This document shows positions 62,482 through 64,000 of a DNA stretch of 64,000 bases, in pieces. The notes under the pieces were generated by a model. That model saw nothing but the letters and a program-made list of their open reading frames with translations, had not been told where the DNA came from and did not search any database. The position numbers were made by a program, and so were the translations under genes. The first letter of the stretch is position 1; every line of letters starts with the position of its first letter. The stretch comes from Octopus bimaculoides (Eukaryota). The stretch covers positions 9,816,955 through 9,880,954 of the forward strand of contig NC_068998.1 in assembly GCF_001194135.2 (NCBI RefSeq). The letters run 5' to 3'.

Positions 62482-63306
62482 GTGATACTACACATGGAGC
62501 CATATTTTGGCCGGAATCATACCACTTTCCGAAGAGATATTATCTATGTCATGAATGAATATGGTGACCATCCGGCTTTGTATAAGAAATATCATCGAGG
62601 AAAATGGCTTCCAATGTTTTACATCTATGATTCTTATCGCATCTCTCCGAAACACTGGAGTGAAATCTTCCATAGCAACAAGCGATATACTCTTCGGGAT
62701 TCTAAGTATGATGCTATCTACATTGGCCTTGCTCTTGAAGAAAGCCACTTGCTTAGCCTGAAGAATGCTGGGTTTGATGGCTACTACACATATTTTGCCA
62801 CTGACGGCTTCACTCATGCTTCTTCATGGAACTTTTGGCCAGAATATGCCCAGTTTGCCAAGAAGCACAACATGTTTTTCATTCCTAGTGTGGCCCCAGG
62901 ATATATTGATCTCCAGGTTCGACCCTGGAATGGTGAAAACAAACGAGACCGTGAAAATGGAAAATACTACGAAAACAGTTTCAAAGCTGCTTTCAACGAG
63001 CTTACTGAATTTCTTACTATCACCTCATTCAATGAATGGCACGAAGGCACCCAAATCGAATCAGCTATCCCTAAGACATTTGATACTTACCATTATTTAG
63101 ATTACGAAGAAAACGGCAAAGATTTCTACTTGAAATTAACCTTGCAGTATGTTAAAAAATATCGCCGTTTACTCCATGAAGCGAAGATTAGTGCCCAACT
63201 TGCTAAAGAAAGGAAAAATGTTGTGAAGAACAATTTGAATAAAACATATCAGTCCGTTATGACGCCAGTCAAAACTCTGCCGAAACGACTTCATAAGGAA
63301 CCGTGA
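62482..63306 (+). CDS. MANEA: MANEA coding exon 3 (274 aa + stop)
   Basis: TTTCTTCAG acceptor ending 62481, phase 0. Contains HMEPY, FYIYDSY, GFDGYYTYFA, PSVAPGYIDLQVRPWN and ITSFNEWHEGTQIE (catalytic ExxE). TGA at 63304-63306. Joined CDS is 1530 nt = 509 aa. Confidence 0.96.
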   Translation: MILHMEPYFGRNHTTFRRDIIYVMNEYGDHPALYKKYHRGKWLPMFYIYDSYRISPKHWSEIFHSNKRYTLRDSKYDAIYIGLALEESHLLSLKNAGFDGYYTYFATDGFTHASSWNFWPEYAQFAKKHNMFFIPSVAPGYIDLQVRPWNGENKRDRENGKYYENSFKAAFNELTEFLTITSFNEWHEGTQIESAIPKTFDTYHYLDYEENGKDFYLKLTLQYVKKYRRLLHEAKISAQLAKERKNVVKNNLNKTYQSVMTPVKTLPKRLHKEP

Positions 63307-63429
63307 TGATTTTTTCCAAAATTTTTATATACTTGTATACAAAGTAATCACGCACAGTTACTCTTTTCCTAATCATACATAGGGATGCTTGGCCTTCAGT
63401 CAACCACATCTCTGCCACCTACAAAACAG

Positions 63430-63500
63430 CTAATAGTGTGTGTGTGTGTGTGTATGTGTGTGTGCGCACGTGGTGTTTAATGTTTTTGAAATATCTTTTT

Positions 63501-63531
<31 letters not shown>

Positions 63532-63869
63532 TATACAATATGTTCTGTTCCAAATCAAGCCTTTTCAAATTGATTTTCTTAATGTTTCCCCCACCATTTT
63601 CTTTTTTTCTTTTTTTCTTTTTTTTTTTTTTGTCTTTAGTTATATTTTGTGTAAATCTGTGCAGAAAGTGACTTATTTGCATGCTTGCATATATGCAGAT
63701 GTTGCTGCTTGCACACATGCATACATATACTCACACATGTGTGTGCGTGTGTGAGTATATAATTTATGAACAAACTGTCCAGTTTTGTGTGTGTGAGTGT
63801 GTGTGTGTGTATATACATGTGTGTGTGTATATATATATATATGTATATATATATGTGTGTGTGTGTATA

Positions 63870-63908
<39 letters not shown>

Positions 63909-64000
63909 GTATATGTGTGTGTGTGTGTGTATGTGTATATATATATATATGTATATATATATATACGTATATATGTGTGTGTGTGTATGTGTGTGTATAT
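63430..64000. repeat. (TG)n/(TA)n microsatellites downstream of the stop codon, probably 3' UTR
   Basis: Direct inspection; I saw no AATAAA between the stop and the window end. Confidence 0.85.

Overview
Eukaryotic, AT-rich, microsatellite-dense draft-assembly DNA with many N gaps. The SINE and microsatellite content suggests an octopus-type cephalopod genome (inference, no search run). One host protein-coding gene is supported: a + strand GH99 Golgi endo-alpha-1,2-mannosidase (MANEA/MANEAL co-orthologue). It has three coding exons (60022-60616, 60931-61040, 62482-63306; 509 aa), canonical GT-AG introns, matching phases, a type II signal anchor and an intact NEWHE catalytic motif. The rest is transposon debris: at least five tRNA-headed SINE families, two dead mariner transposases and a mariner MITE, hAT MITEs and a hAT zinc-finger remnant, a CR1 3' end, R4/Dong-type restriction-like-endonuclease LINE ends sitting in microsatellites, and Penelope-like fragments. 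Nearly all ORFs in the supplied track are microsatellite or N-gap artefacts. The most notable observations are: (i) a 77-bp near-perfect fold-back 0.8 kb upstream of the first coding exon that carries a minimal hammerhead-ribozyme core, plus two related motifs at 33.8 and 35.8 kb; (ii) a pre-miRNA-sized perfect hairpin built from a mariner TIR; (iii) an RLE-LINE end flanked by (CATA)n; (iv) recurrent SINE module chimeras and a SINE/CR1 shared 3' tail; (v) a step from CpG-rich to CpG-poor DNA at about 33-38 kb that may mark the start of a methylated gene body, with candidate 5' UTR exons and an overlapping uORF. I found no CRISPR array, rRNA or true tRNA gene, and no evidence for a new multi-gene system. 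Family assignments come from recalled motifs and need alignment to confirm.
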